A stretch of 64,000 nucleotides of DNA from Arenicellales bacterium (lineage in GTDB: Bacteria > Pseudomonadota > Gammaproteobacteria > Arenicellales > JAJDZL01): positions 175,641 to 239,640 of the forward strand of contig CBDAUJ010000001.1 of assembly GCA_965200545.1 (NCBI GenBank), in the 5' to 3' direction. This document shows, one piece after another, positions 28,867 to 37,419 of the stretch. Under the pieces are notes generated by a model. It did not search any database and was not told where the DNA came from. It saw only the letters and a program-made list of their open reading frames with translations. A program made the translations under genes and the position numbers. How positions within the stretch are numbered: the first letter of the stretch is position 1; the number at the start of each line of letters is the position of its first letter.

Positions 28867-29384
28867 TAATTTTTACAGCGACACGCCAGTGCTCGCCAAG
28901 TTCAAAAGGCAGAGATACAGTGCTTCGATACACTTCAATCAGATCCGCGGCCAATTTGCTGCAAAGACTGTCTGCGAGTTTGGATCAGCCATCATCTTTT
29001 CCGGCCATTGAAAAAAAACTTGGTGCGGCAAGAGACTGCGTCCATCGTAATCGATGTCAAGCATCCACATTGCAATTTTGTCGCTGCCGCCTGATTCCAA
29101 TGAGCCATTCGAAATGTTGTAGTAACCGAATCCATTGACTGTAACTTGATGCGAAAGGCGATAAATTGCCTCATGGATATGAATTTCATTATCGGATATA
29201 TTCAGCAGCCACTCAGGTCTGATTCGATTTTTTTTGATAATTGCCACCTGCATATAAACTGAAACTTCAATCCAGATCCGCGTTTTTGCTGCCAGGCGCC
29301 GATATGGCTCTCTGCCGATGCCAGGATGTCTGAGGTTTTTATTCCTATTCTGCGCCTTCCTTAAGTGTAGATCCCGATGCTGTG
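28859..29384 (-). pseudogene. N6/N4 DNA methyltransferase (Mod-like) 3' remnant, 5'-truncated and frameshifted
   Basis: One frame reads ..VTVNGFGYYNISNGSLESGGSDKIAMWMLDIDYDGRSLLPHQVFF.. and another reads SKLAADLIEVYRSTVSLPFELGEHWRVAVKIID*. Both match my recollection of the conserved tail of methylases paired with Res helicases. The catalytic N-terminal part is absent, because the glk stop lies at 29385. Confidence 0.55.
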
Positions 29385-30335
29385 TCACAATACTCTTTCG
29401 GTCAGGTAGCGCGCACATCCAGTCAGGGCAGCGTAATCGTCTTCGATCACCGAGATGCCGAAATTCTGCATAAAGCTGCTGAAACGGCCCTGGTCACGAA
29501 AGGCTTCGGCGAAGCCGTATTGCAGCAGACGGGGAGCGATGGAGCGCGATACGCCGCCGGCCAGAAATATGCCGCCCAGAGGCAATAGGGTCAGTGCGAG
29601 ATTGCCAGCTTGCATGCCGAGCATCCGTACGAAGATCCGCAGCGTTTGCTCAGCGCGGACGTCGCCCGCCGCCAGCGCGTCAATAATGTCGGGTGCGCAG
29701 GCGGTTGAAAGCGTCTTATCCGAACGGCCGAGCCAGGCGTGAATGTTCTCGATGCCGCGGCCTGACAAAACTTCCTCAGCATCGGCATATCCGCGGTGAG
29801 TCGCGATAAACTTTGCCAGCTCATAGTCTGCGTTCGTGCGGATTGGCATGCTGACATGACCGGCTTCCGCCGGCGCGACAAAACGACGGCCCGGCAAGTG
29901 GTAAACGGCAGTCGCATTGAACCCGGTGCCGACACCAATGACGAGCTGCGTTGCATTCGCTGCCGCTTCGGGCTGTACGATAATTTCCCGCAAGCCAGTT
30001 GAGGGCATTTGCCCCAGCGTGTGGCCGTACGCCTGTAAATCATTCATAATTTCGACATGACGGACACTGGTGGCTTGCGCAACCGTCGCAGTGTCGATAC
30101 GCCAGTCGACGTTTGTGCATACAGCAGCGCCATCGTGTACCGGACCCGCAACCGCGACGCAGGCATGGTGACATTCGATTGGTTTCGAGTTTGCCAGGTA
30201 GTGCTGCAGCAGCGCGGCGATATCGGAATACTCCGCATTGCGGTACGGTCGGATTGAGTCCTCTATCACGGCTGACTCTTTGGCGAGTGCAACGCGTGTA
30301 TTTGTGCCGCCGATATCCGCAACGAGCGAGTACAT
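29385..30335 (-). CDS. glk: Glucokinase
   Basis: The N-terminus MYSLVADIGGTNTRVAL is the ROK-less Glk signature, and the C-terminus has GGIFLAGGV. I chose the ATG at 30335. Confidence 0.9.
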   Translation of the reverse strand: MYSLVADIGGTNTRVALAKESAVIEDSIRPYRNAEYSDIAALLQHYLANSKPIECHHACVAVAGPVHDGAAVCTNVDWRIDTATVAQATSVRHVEIMNDLQAYGHTLGQMPSTGLREIIVQPEAAANATQLVIGVGTGFNATAVYHLPGRRFVAPAEAGHVSMPIRTNADYELAKFIATHRGYADAEEVLSGRGIENIHAWLGRSDKTLSTACAPDIIDALAAGDVRAEQTLRIFVRMLGMQAGNLALTLLPLGGIFLAGGVSRSIAPRLLQYGFAEAFRDQGRFSSFMQNFGISVIEDDYAALTGCARYLTERVL

Positions 30336-30349
30336 GCTATCGGATTGAG

Positions 30350-31402
30350 TCAGTCGCCGACACGATGCCCGCTGGCATCGAAGAAATGACAATGTTCCGG
30401 TGCGAACTGAAGTCCTGCCTCAGATCCATAAGCGGATTCGGCATCTCCGGCGACCCGAATTGTCAGAGTTCCGAGCGGCCCACAATCGATGACCAAAAAT
30501 GTGTCGGCTCCAAGATATTCAATGATGTCCACCTTGCCAGTGCATTGTCCATCACCGGGATTGCACAGTCTGATGTGCTCAGGTCTGACGCCAAGGTGAG
30601 TCGGGTGCCCTTGGCCTGAAAAAATGCCCTCTCCGCCGCCCTCAAGCCGAAAACGCCCTCTCTCGGCGGTACAGGGCAGGATATTCATCTTGGGACTTCC
30701 GATGAATTGCGCGACGAACAGATTTTGCGGATGCCGGTAGAGCTCGCGGGGTGTGCCGATCTGCGAAATTTGGCCGGCATTCAGCACTACGATCCGGTCA
30801 GCCAGGGTCATCGCCTCGACTTGGTCATGCGTAACGTAGATCATCGTTGCGCCGAGTGTGCGATGCAGCTTCGCAATCTCATAGCGCATCTCGACTCGAA
30901 GCGCTGCGTCAAGATTGGAAAGCGGCTCGTCAAATAGAAACGCTGTCGGGTCACGCACGATGCAGCGCCCGATAGCGACGCGCTGCCGCTGTCCGCCCGA
31001 CAGCTCGCGCGGGCGGCGGTCCAGAAATGGCTCTAGCTTCAATATTTGTGCCGCCTTGTCGACCTTGCGCACAAGCTCGTCCTGCGCGACACCGGCAGTC
31101 TTGAGCGAGAATCCGATATTGTCACGTACCGTCATGTGCGGATAAAGCGCGTAGGATTGAAATACCATCGCGAGCCCGCGCTTTGATGGTGGCTCGGCAG
31201 TGGCGTTGCGCTGTGCAATCCAGATTTCGCCGCGGCTTGTCTCTTCCAGGCCGGCAATCATGCGCAGCAGTGTGGATTTGCCGCACCCGGAGGGTCCGAC
31301 GAAGATCACGAACTCGCCTTTCTCAATGGCGAGGTCTACGCCCTTGACGACCTGCAATTCCTCAAACCACTTTTCTACCGCTTTCAATTCTATATCGGCC
31401 AT
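30350..31402 (-). CDS. Sugar ABC transporter ATP-binding protein (MalK/UgpC-like)
   Basis: Walker A GPSGCGKST, signature LSGGQRQRVAIGR, Walker B FLFDEPLSNLD, and a C-terminal TOBE-like regulatory domain. The ATG is at 31402. Confidence 0.93.
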   Translation of the reverse strand: MADIELKAVEKWFEELQVVKGVDLAIEKGEFVIFVGPSGCGKSTLLRMIAGLEETSRGEIWIAQRNATAEPPSKRGLAMVFQSYALYPHMTVRDNIGFSLKTAGVAQDELVRKVDKAAQILKLEPFLDRRPRELSGGQRQRVAIGRCIVRDPTAFLFDEPLSNLDAALRVEMRYEIAKLHRTLGATMIYVTHDQVEAMTLADRIVVLNAGQISQIGTPRELYRHPQNLFVAQFIGSPKMNILPCTAERGRFRLEGGGEGIFSGQGHPTHLGVRPEHIRLCNPGDGQCTGKVDIIEYLGADTFLVIDCGPLGTLTIRVAGDAESAYGSEAGLQFAPEHCHFFDASGHRVGD

Positions 31403-31404
31403 TG

Positions 31405-32637
31405 TCACCTCCCTGCCCAAGCAAGCCATACAGCAGCTGTGAATGAGAAGCTGCCGCCGCCGCAAGGCTGTCCGTTCATTGGATTGAAATATTCATAAAA
31501 TCCGCCGCGAGCAATCAGTTCTGCCGTTTCACTGCGCAGTCGCTCGGCCTCAGCCGCACGGCCGATGTCACGCAGCCCAAGCGCAATCAGTGCATTCATA
31601 AACGGCCAGCTCGGCCCTCGCCAATAGCGCTGGGCATCAAAACCGGGCGTCTGCGGACAGCTTGACGGAATGCCGTAGCGCACCCCATTCCAAGTCGCCA
31701 TCAGCTTGGCAGCGACTTGTGGACACTCGATTCCGGCCAGCCATGCGAGGAACGCACCCAGGCCGATTGTGTTCGAAAATTCCTGCGTACGCAGATTGAG
31801 CGCATCATAGCATTTCAGCTCGTCGTTCCAGAGCAGCGGGAGCGCAGCCTCCAGTTCTGCCGCCCAGCGCTCAGCCTCGCTTGGATCCTCGCCCAGCGCT
31901 CGGGCTAGTGCTGCCAGATCGCGATTCGCTCGAATCAAAATGAATGTAGTCGCCGGGTCGGCCATCAGAAAAGGGCCGTTTTCCAGTATTTCTGTCTGGT
32001 TCCAGCCGCAGTTTCGTCCAAAGTCCACAATCGCCAGAAATCTGTCGTAGTCCAGCGTTGCCGGGCGCATGGAGATATCGACGTGTGCAGTGTCACCGCG
32101 CCGGTAGGCGCTCACACCAGAAATGTCAACTTTATCCATGCCGCAATCCCATTCCATGCTGTTGTCGCGGCCTGATTCCCAAGGATGAGTGACGGCGACA
32201 ATTCCGCTGCGGCAGCGCTCGCGGCGCCACCAACGGTGCCATGCCAGAATTCGCGGATACAGGTCCGCAAGCCTGGGTCGACCCGCTTGCGGACAAGTCT
32301 CAAATAAATGACGAGCAAAAGTAGCCGCCACCGGCGGCTGGCTGATGCCGGAGGTGGGCGGGCTCTGGCTCGTCCCCCAAACCTTCGGGCCTGGGAAGTA
32401 GTCAGACTGCTCGCCATGAAAAATGATATGCGGCACCATGCCGTTTTCCCACTGGCCGGCAAACAGCGTCTCCAGCTCGCGCCAGGCGCGATCGATGTCG
32501 AAGGTCGCGTAGCCCCAGGCTGTGAAAGCGCTGTCCCAATTCCATTGGTGCGGGTACAGCGCGGCGGTCGGTACGGTATAGCCGCCCCGGTCGTTGCGCG
32601 CCAGGATCGCGCGTGCCTGTTCGTCAAGATTCGACAT
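31405..32637 (-). CDS. GH63-like (MGH1-like) glycoside hydrolase; candidate glucosyl-/mannosyl-glycerate or related compatible-solute hydrolase
   Basis: 410 aa. The N-terminus reads ..GGYTVPTAALYPHQWNWDSAF.AWGY... and the protein has (alpha/alpha)6-type motifs (GPSWPFMNALI). It is embedded in an ABC sugar operon that ends with glk. Confidence 0.65.
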   Translation of the reverse strand: MSNLDEQARAILARNDRGGYTVPTAALYPHQWNWDSAFTAWGYATFDIDRAWRELETLFAGQWENGMVPHIIFHGEQSDYFPGPKVWGTSQSPPTSGISQPPVAATFARHLFETCPQAGRPRLADLYPRILAWHRWWRRERCRSGIVAVTHPWESGRDNSMEWDCGMDKVDISGVSAYRRGDTAHVDISMRPATLDYDRFLAIVDFGRNCGWNQTEILENGPFLMADPATTFILIRANRDLAALARALGEDPSEAERWAAELEAALPLLWNDELKCYDALNLRTQEFSNTIGLGAFLAWLAGIECPQVAAKLMATWNGVRYGIPSSCPQTPGFDAQRYWRGPSWPFMNALIALGLRDIGRAAEAERLRSETAELIARGGFYEYFNPMNGQPCGGGSFSFTAAVWLAWAGR

Positions 32638-33852
32638 CTAGCCTTTGACTGAACCGGCCGCCAGACCCTTGGTCATAAAGCGTTCCAGGCACAGGAACAG
32701 CGCCATGACGGGCAAAGTGGATATGACCGCGCCGGCCATAAGGTGCTGGCGCGGGATCTCGGAGGAGTTCAGCTGCTGTACGCCGCGGGTGAGCGTGAAG
32801 TTTTGTGGATCGTCAAGCAGCATGAAAGCGAGCAGGAATTCATTCCAGGCAATCATGAACACGTAGAGCGATACGGAGGCCAGCGCCGGCAGACTGAGTG
32901 GCAGGGTGATTTTCCAGATCACAGCCAGCCTGGACAGTCCGTCCATGAGTCCGGCCTCTTCCACGGCCGCAGGCAATCCTCGAAAGTACCCCTGAAGCAT
33001 GTACAGTGCGACTGGAATCGTGGTCACTGGATAGATCATGACGATGCCGATGATTGAGTTGCGCAGGCCTGCGACCGAAAACGCAATATAGATTGGCAGC
33101 GCCAGCACGATCATCGGTACCATGTAGATAAGCAGAATCGAGCGTACCAAAGCCGCTCGGCCGCTGAATTGAAGCCTTGCAACTGCATAGGCGCCGGGGA
33201 CAGCGAATAGCAGTGTAATCAGAACAGTCAGCACCGATACGTAAAACGACGTCCAAATGTAGTCCGCAAAGTTGAAGTCGAAAATGAGTTCGCGATAGCT
33301 ACGGAAAAGTTCCCAGCCGCGATCGAGTTCGATTGAGAAGTCCAGCGGATTGAGCAGCAGCGCCTGCTGGCTCTTGAAGCTGGTCATCACCATTACGTAG
33401 AACGGAATCATCACCATCGCGGTGAAAAAGACATAGCCAACTCGATTCAGAAGCAAAATGATGGCGTTTTCGAATTCATGGCGAGTCAGCAGTCGCGGAG
33501 TGACCTCTGCGAGAATTTGGCAAAGCACGCCAGCTGTGGCGACGGCTGTCAGCGCCGCTGCGATGATGCGCCCGGCAGCGCTCATGTCCTCACCGATGGC
33601 CAGCGGACCGATGCCTGCCCATGCCAGCGGGATGAGAATTGCGAGCGCTGCTGTGATCACAATCCTCGCAGAGCGCACTCGAAGCACAGCCAGACCTGCG
33701 GCGGCGCCAAAAATAAGCGACCAGATTAGAACCGGACGAATGGCATCGCCGGTGGCGAACGACACGACGACCGTGACGCTGACAGTCACAACCACCGCCC
33801 AGAGTGCACCCAGAATCATGGCAATGACGGATCCGCGGCGCAGGAAGCTCAC
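32638..33852 (-). CDS. Carbohydrate ABC transporter permease (MalG-like) with an extra ~120-aa N-terminal multi-TM extension
   Basis: EAA-loop region (..EEAGLMDGLSRLAVIWKITLP..). A GTG at 33852 overlaps the upstream stop (GTGA). The canonical core starts around residue 130. Confidence 0.85.
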   Translation of the reverse strand: MSFLRRGSVIAMILGALWAVVVTVSVTVVVSFATGDAIRPVLIWSLIFGAAAGLAVLRVRSARIVITAALAILIPLAWAGIGPLAIGEDMSAAGRIIAAALTAVATAGVLCQILAEVTPRLLTRHEFENAIILLLNRVGYVFFTAMVMIPFYVMVMTSFKSQQALLLNPLDFSIELDRGWELFRSYRELIFDFNFADYIWTSFYVSVLTVLITLLFAVPGAYAVARLQFSGRAALVRSILLIYMVPMIVLALPIYIAFSVAGLRNSIIGIVMIYPVTTIPVALYMLQGYFRGLPAAVEEAGLMDGLSRLAVIWKITLPLSLPALASVSLYVFMIAWNEFLLAFMLLDDPQNFTLTRGVQQLNSSEIPRQHLMAGAVISTLPVMALFLCLERFMTKGLAAGSVKG

Positions 33853-35096
33853 AGCCCTTCCTCTCGACTGATGAAACGAAAAAAGAACCACGAAAAGACC
33901 AGCAGACAGATAAAAATCACGACCGCAACTGCCGCCCCGGCGCCGATATTGGAGATTGCGAAGGCCTGCTCATAGACATTGACAGTCAGAGTGCGAGTGC
34001 CGGCATTGCCGCCAGTGAGCAAAAAGATATCATCGAATTTGTTGAAGGTCCAGATAAATCGCAGCAGAAACAGCACACTCAATATCCCCAGCAGCATGGG
34101 CAGCGAAAGATACCAAAACTGCTGAAACGGCGAGGCTCCATCCATGTCGGCGGCCTCAAACATGTCGGTATCAATTGACTGCATGCGCGCTAAGATAAAC
34201 AAGAACGACAAGGGGAAGTAGCGCCAGACTTCGAAAGCCGTGACGGTGATCAGCGCCAGCGGCTTTTCGCCTAGGAAATTGATGGGGCTGTCGATTGCGC
34301 CCATCTGGATGAGCAGTGCATTGACAGAACCAGAGAATGGATCAAGCAGCAGTACCCAGGTGAATGCTACCGCAATGACTGGAGCGACGTAGGGAAACAG
34401 AAACAGGCCGCGAAGAGCGCCTCGCCCGCGAAATGACTTGTCGAGCAGTTGAGCCGCGAAAAGACCCATGACAAGCGCGCCGATCGTGCCAAAAACAGTA
34501 TAGAATACGGTGACGCCGAGCACCTGCCAGAACTCGTCACCGTCGAATACACGTGCAAAATTCGCTCCCGTGAAGTCCCAGCTGGTGAGCACATTGGAAG
34601 CGGAGCCATTCACTTGCACTGGCGTGTCACGAACATCTGCGCCGCCATCGATATAGGCTTGGCTGGCCGTGACCGGGATTCGAAGCTGATCACGGTAGCC
34701 GCCTTCCCAGTCGCCCAGATCGCAATGCAGCAGGCGGTCTTCAAGTGTGCAGCGCGAATCAAGTTCCAAGATCGACAGGCCTTCGGGGAGGAAATCTTGG
34801 ATGGTGACGCCGCTCACCGTCTTTTCCTGACTTGAATTGCGCAAGCGATAGCGAATCGTAACCGGGTCGCCCGCGTTTGCGATGGTGCCTCGCAAGTCCT
34901 CGCGGACCAATGGTGCCGGCGGTCGCAGGTCAGACAGCGTGACGGGCTTGACGCTGATCCAGAATACGGCGATGAGCGGCAGAACGATAACCAGTGCAAC
35001 CGCCGCGATGGTGGGCGCCAGCAAGCCCCAGGCAAGCCAAGACTCGCGTCGGGCCAGTGGACCCGAGCTGCGCGGCGGTTCGAGAGTCGCTGCCAT
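33849..35096 (-). CDS. Carbohydrate ABC transporter permease (MalF-like) with a large periplasmic insert after TM1
   Basis: EAA loop (..FEAADMDGASPFQQFWYLSLP..). About 150 aa of non-membrane sequence lie between TM1 and TM2. Confidence 0.85.
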   Translation of the reverse strand: MAATLEPPRSSGPLARRESWLAWGLLAPTIAAVALVIVLPLIAVFWISVKPVTLSDLRPPAPLVREDLRGTIANAGDPVTIRYRLRNSSQEKTVSGVTIQDFLPEGLSILELDSRCTLEDRLLHCDLGDWEGGYRDQLRIPVTASQAYIDGGADVRDTPVQVNGSASNVLTSWDFTGANFARVFDGDEFWQVLGVTVFYTVFGTIGALVMGLFAAQLLDKSFRGRGALRGLFLFPYVAPVIAVAFTWVLLLDPFSGSVNALLIQMGAIDSPINFLGEKPLALITVTAFEVWRYFPLSFLFILARMQSIDTDMFEAADMDGASPFQQFWYLSLPMLLGILSVLFLLRFIWTFNKFDDIFLLTGGNAGTRTLTVNVYEQAFAISNIGAGAAVAVVIFICLLVFSWFFFRFISREEGL

Positions 35097-35172
35097 GATT
35101 TCGGGACTGCAACGCCTGGGTGAGGCCTGAAAAACCGAGGCGGCATCGCAAGATGCCGCCTCGAGTCAGGAA

Positions 35173-36531
35173 CTATTCGATTTTAGCGAGCTCTTCGTCG
35201 ATGGCGGTTACCGTCGCCGCGGCATCCCGAATGCCGTCAATGTATTCGCGTACCAGGCGATTGATCACTTGGCTGTTAATAATCCGAGAAACCAGCGCGA
35301 GCTGGTCTTCCGCAACGCCCCAGCGCTGTGCAACATCAAGACCGCCCACAATTTCGTCGATCATCGCCTGCGTGTAAAGTTCACCGAGCGGTGCCTTGCG
35401 GTCGACACCGACTGGTAGCTGCGCCCAAGCTTCGGTAAATGCGTTCGGGTTATCGACTGTGCCGCGCCGGACTGGAAACTTGCCTTCGGGTGCGATTGAC
35501 AGCGTTTGCGTATAGCCTTCTTCCATCGAAAAACGGACGAATTCCATCGCCGCATCGGTGGCTGCATCCGATGTGATTCCAAAATAGTTGATGTCGCCCC
35601 AGGCGGCACCGTCTGGATTGGACGGGCCGGCGAAATTGGTTACGATACCCGTTTTTGAAGCAAGCTCAGTGGATGTCGGGTCATCGTTGATTGTTGGAGG
35701 CGCACCGTCGCGCAAGCCTGCCAGCTCGTCCAAGATGAAGGGGGACCAGATAATCATTGCTGCTTTGCCAGCGAAGTACAGTTCGCGAGATTGTTTCCAG
35801 TAAAGCTCACCCTGCGGTGAAGACGCAACGAGTGCTTTATAGAAATCAAGCACTTCAGTTGTCTTGGCAGTATCAAGCGGCGCAAGCCCGTCCTCGTTGA
35901 CAGGCGAGACGCCGTTGGCGAGAAAGACATGTTCCAGCACCTGACTCATGAAGTTCTCATCAATCTTGGTGGCGGCGACAAATCCATACATATCGGGTGG
36001 ATTATGGAGAGCTTCAATCGCGGCCAACACGTTCGCATACGTTGTCGGTGCGGCAAGATCGGCCGCGTCGAACAAGTCCTTGCGGTAGACAATCATCTGG
36101 GTCCAGCCGTCAACCGGAACGCTGGCATATCCGTCACCGACAGCTGCCATGCTCAATGCGCCAGAGGCAAATGTCTCGCTGCCGAGCAGTTCAATCACAT
36201 CGGTTGCCGCTTCGGTGTCCAGAATGCCGGCCTCGGTCCACGGCAGAGCGTACTGCAGCGTGTGGTAGATCACGTCCGGCAGGTCGCCGGCGGCAAAGGC
36301 CGCCGTTGCGCGCGTGCCAAGATTTGACTCTGTGATTGGAATGACTTCGACCGTATGGCCGCTGGCCGCCGCGAACTGCTCAGCCATCTGCTCCTGCTTC
36401 GCCAAACGATCAAGCTGATCTTCAGTGGTCCAGAAACGCAGATCAGCAGCGTTTGCAGCGCTGGCCGCCAGACTTGCCATCAGCATGCCGGCGAGACTTT
36501 TTGCCAGCCATTTTCTCAGTGTTCTTTGCAT
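35173..36531 (-). CDS. ABC transporter extracellular solute-binding protein (family 1, sugar)
   Basis: Signal peptide (..MASLAASAANA). The 452-aa length and composition fit a sugar SBP. A GGAGGA RBS precedes the ATG, and this is the first gene of the operon. Confidence 0.85.
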   Translation of the reverse strand: MQRTLRKWLAKSLAGMLMASLAASAANAADLRFWTTEDQLDRLAKQEQMAEQFAAASGHTVEVIPITESNLGTRATAAFAAGDLPDVIYHTLQYALPWTEAGILDTEAATDVIELLGSETFASGALSMAAVGDGYASVPVDGWTQMIVYRKDLFDAADLAAPTTYANVLAAIEALHNPPDMYGFVAATKIDENFMSQVLEHVFLANGVSPVNEDGLAPLDTAKTTEVLDFYKALVASSPQGELYWKQSRELYFAGKAAMIIWSPFILDELAGLRDGAPPTINDDPTSTELASKTGIVTNFAGPSNPDGAAWGDINYFGITSDAATDAAMEFVRFSMEEGYTQTLSIAPEGKFPVRRGTVDNPNAFTEAWAQLPVGVDRKAPLGELYTQAMIDEIVGGLDVAQRWGVAEDQLALVSRIINSQVINRLVREYIDGIRDAAATVTAIDEELAKIE

Positions 36532-37419
36532 TGATAGTTTCCTCCAGAAATTTTATTTTTCGGTATAGTTTTGTGCTTGTCGGTCAAGCCATTCAGCCAA
36601 AGCTTTCCAATGCGGCAAAGGCTTGCTGATAACCGTTGCATATGCTGTCCGCTTCTGTTGAGAATGACATATTGCAACCTTGTTGCTCTCGGTATTGTAT
36701 TGAATGATTCCGTCCGAAGTGAAAAGAGCCAGCAGATTGATCCGTTTGCCTGACTCATGCTTGATTGGCTCGTGCCGCCAAAACAACGCTCATCACCCGC
36801 CACCGAACCGGAAAAGCTATCATCAAGTTCATGCATCCTCGTTTTTTTTTTGCGAGGCGCCCTGAAGCAAGCGTTCAGTTGGGGGACTATACAATCAGGT
36901 CAAGGTTTCGTGCCGAGCGCACGTTTGAGGCGATAAGCGAGACATGAATACGCTATGCAGAAGTTCTGCGACACAACTTTGGAATTGGCGAGATGCTGGT
37001 TTTGCATTGGCATAATTGCGACTTTCGATCAGCCGGCACAGTTCTTCTCTGCGGCCTGCTTCCCAGGGGCTTGCTGAGCTGCAATGCAGGCAGCTGCTGT
37101 TCTCTCTCAGATATACTTTTCAGCCGGCGAGTGACAGATTGGCTCTCCAGGAATGTCTTCAATCAAGCCGTTGAGGTCGATTCCGCCCGGATCCTGGGGC
37201 GCCTGACACGCGCCGCATGATTTCACCGCTCGTTTGTTTCTCGGATTCAGATTGATTGGCACACGTTTGCAGTCCTATGTCAGCCTTTGCTCTCAAAAAA
37301 TGGAAACAGCTTGATAGAATGATTCATCGCATTGCCGGGATGGAAATGATCGAATATCAAACGGTGCGTTCGCTCGCAGCGATCCGCCGGACTGGCCTGC
37401 AAAGCGAGGAGCCGTTTTG

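Noticed and set aside
33849-33891. 43-nt overlap between the two sugar permease ORFs as given in the track
   Set aside because: This is likely an artefact of taking the longest ORF. An in-frame GTG at 33852 forms a canonical GTGA stop/start overlap, and I used it instead.
36842-36851. T10 homopolymer in the long leader/promoter region of the sugar operon, considered as a possible phase-variation tract
   Set aside because: I could not position it between recognisable -35 and -10 elements or inside a coding region. A single tract with no supporting context is not evidence of phase variation.
37107-37262. 51-codon minus-strand ORF (GTG start) reading ..NKRAVKSCGACQAPQD.., reminiscent of the first zinc knuckle of YheV, which neighbours kefB in E. 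coli
   Set aside because: Only one CxxC pair is present where YheV has two. There is no Shine-Dalgarno sequence and the start would be GTG. A different-frame ORF overlaps it. The similarity is too short to trust without a profile search.
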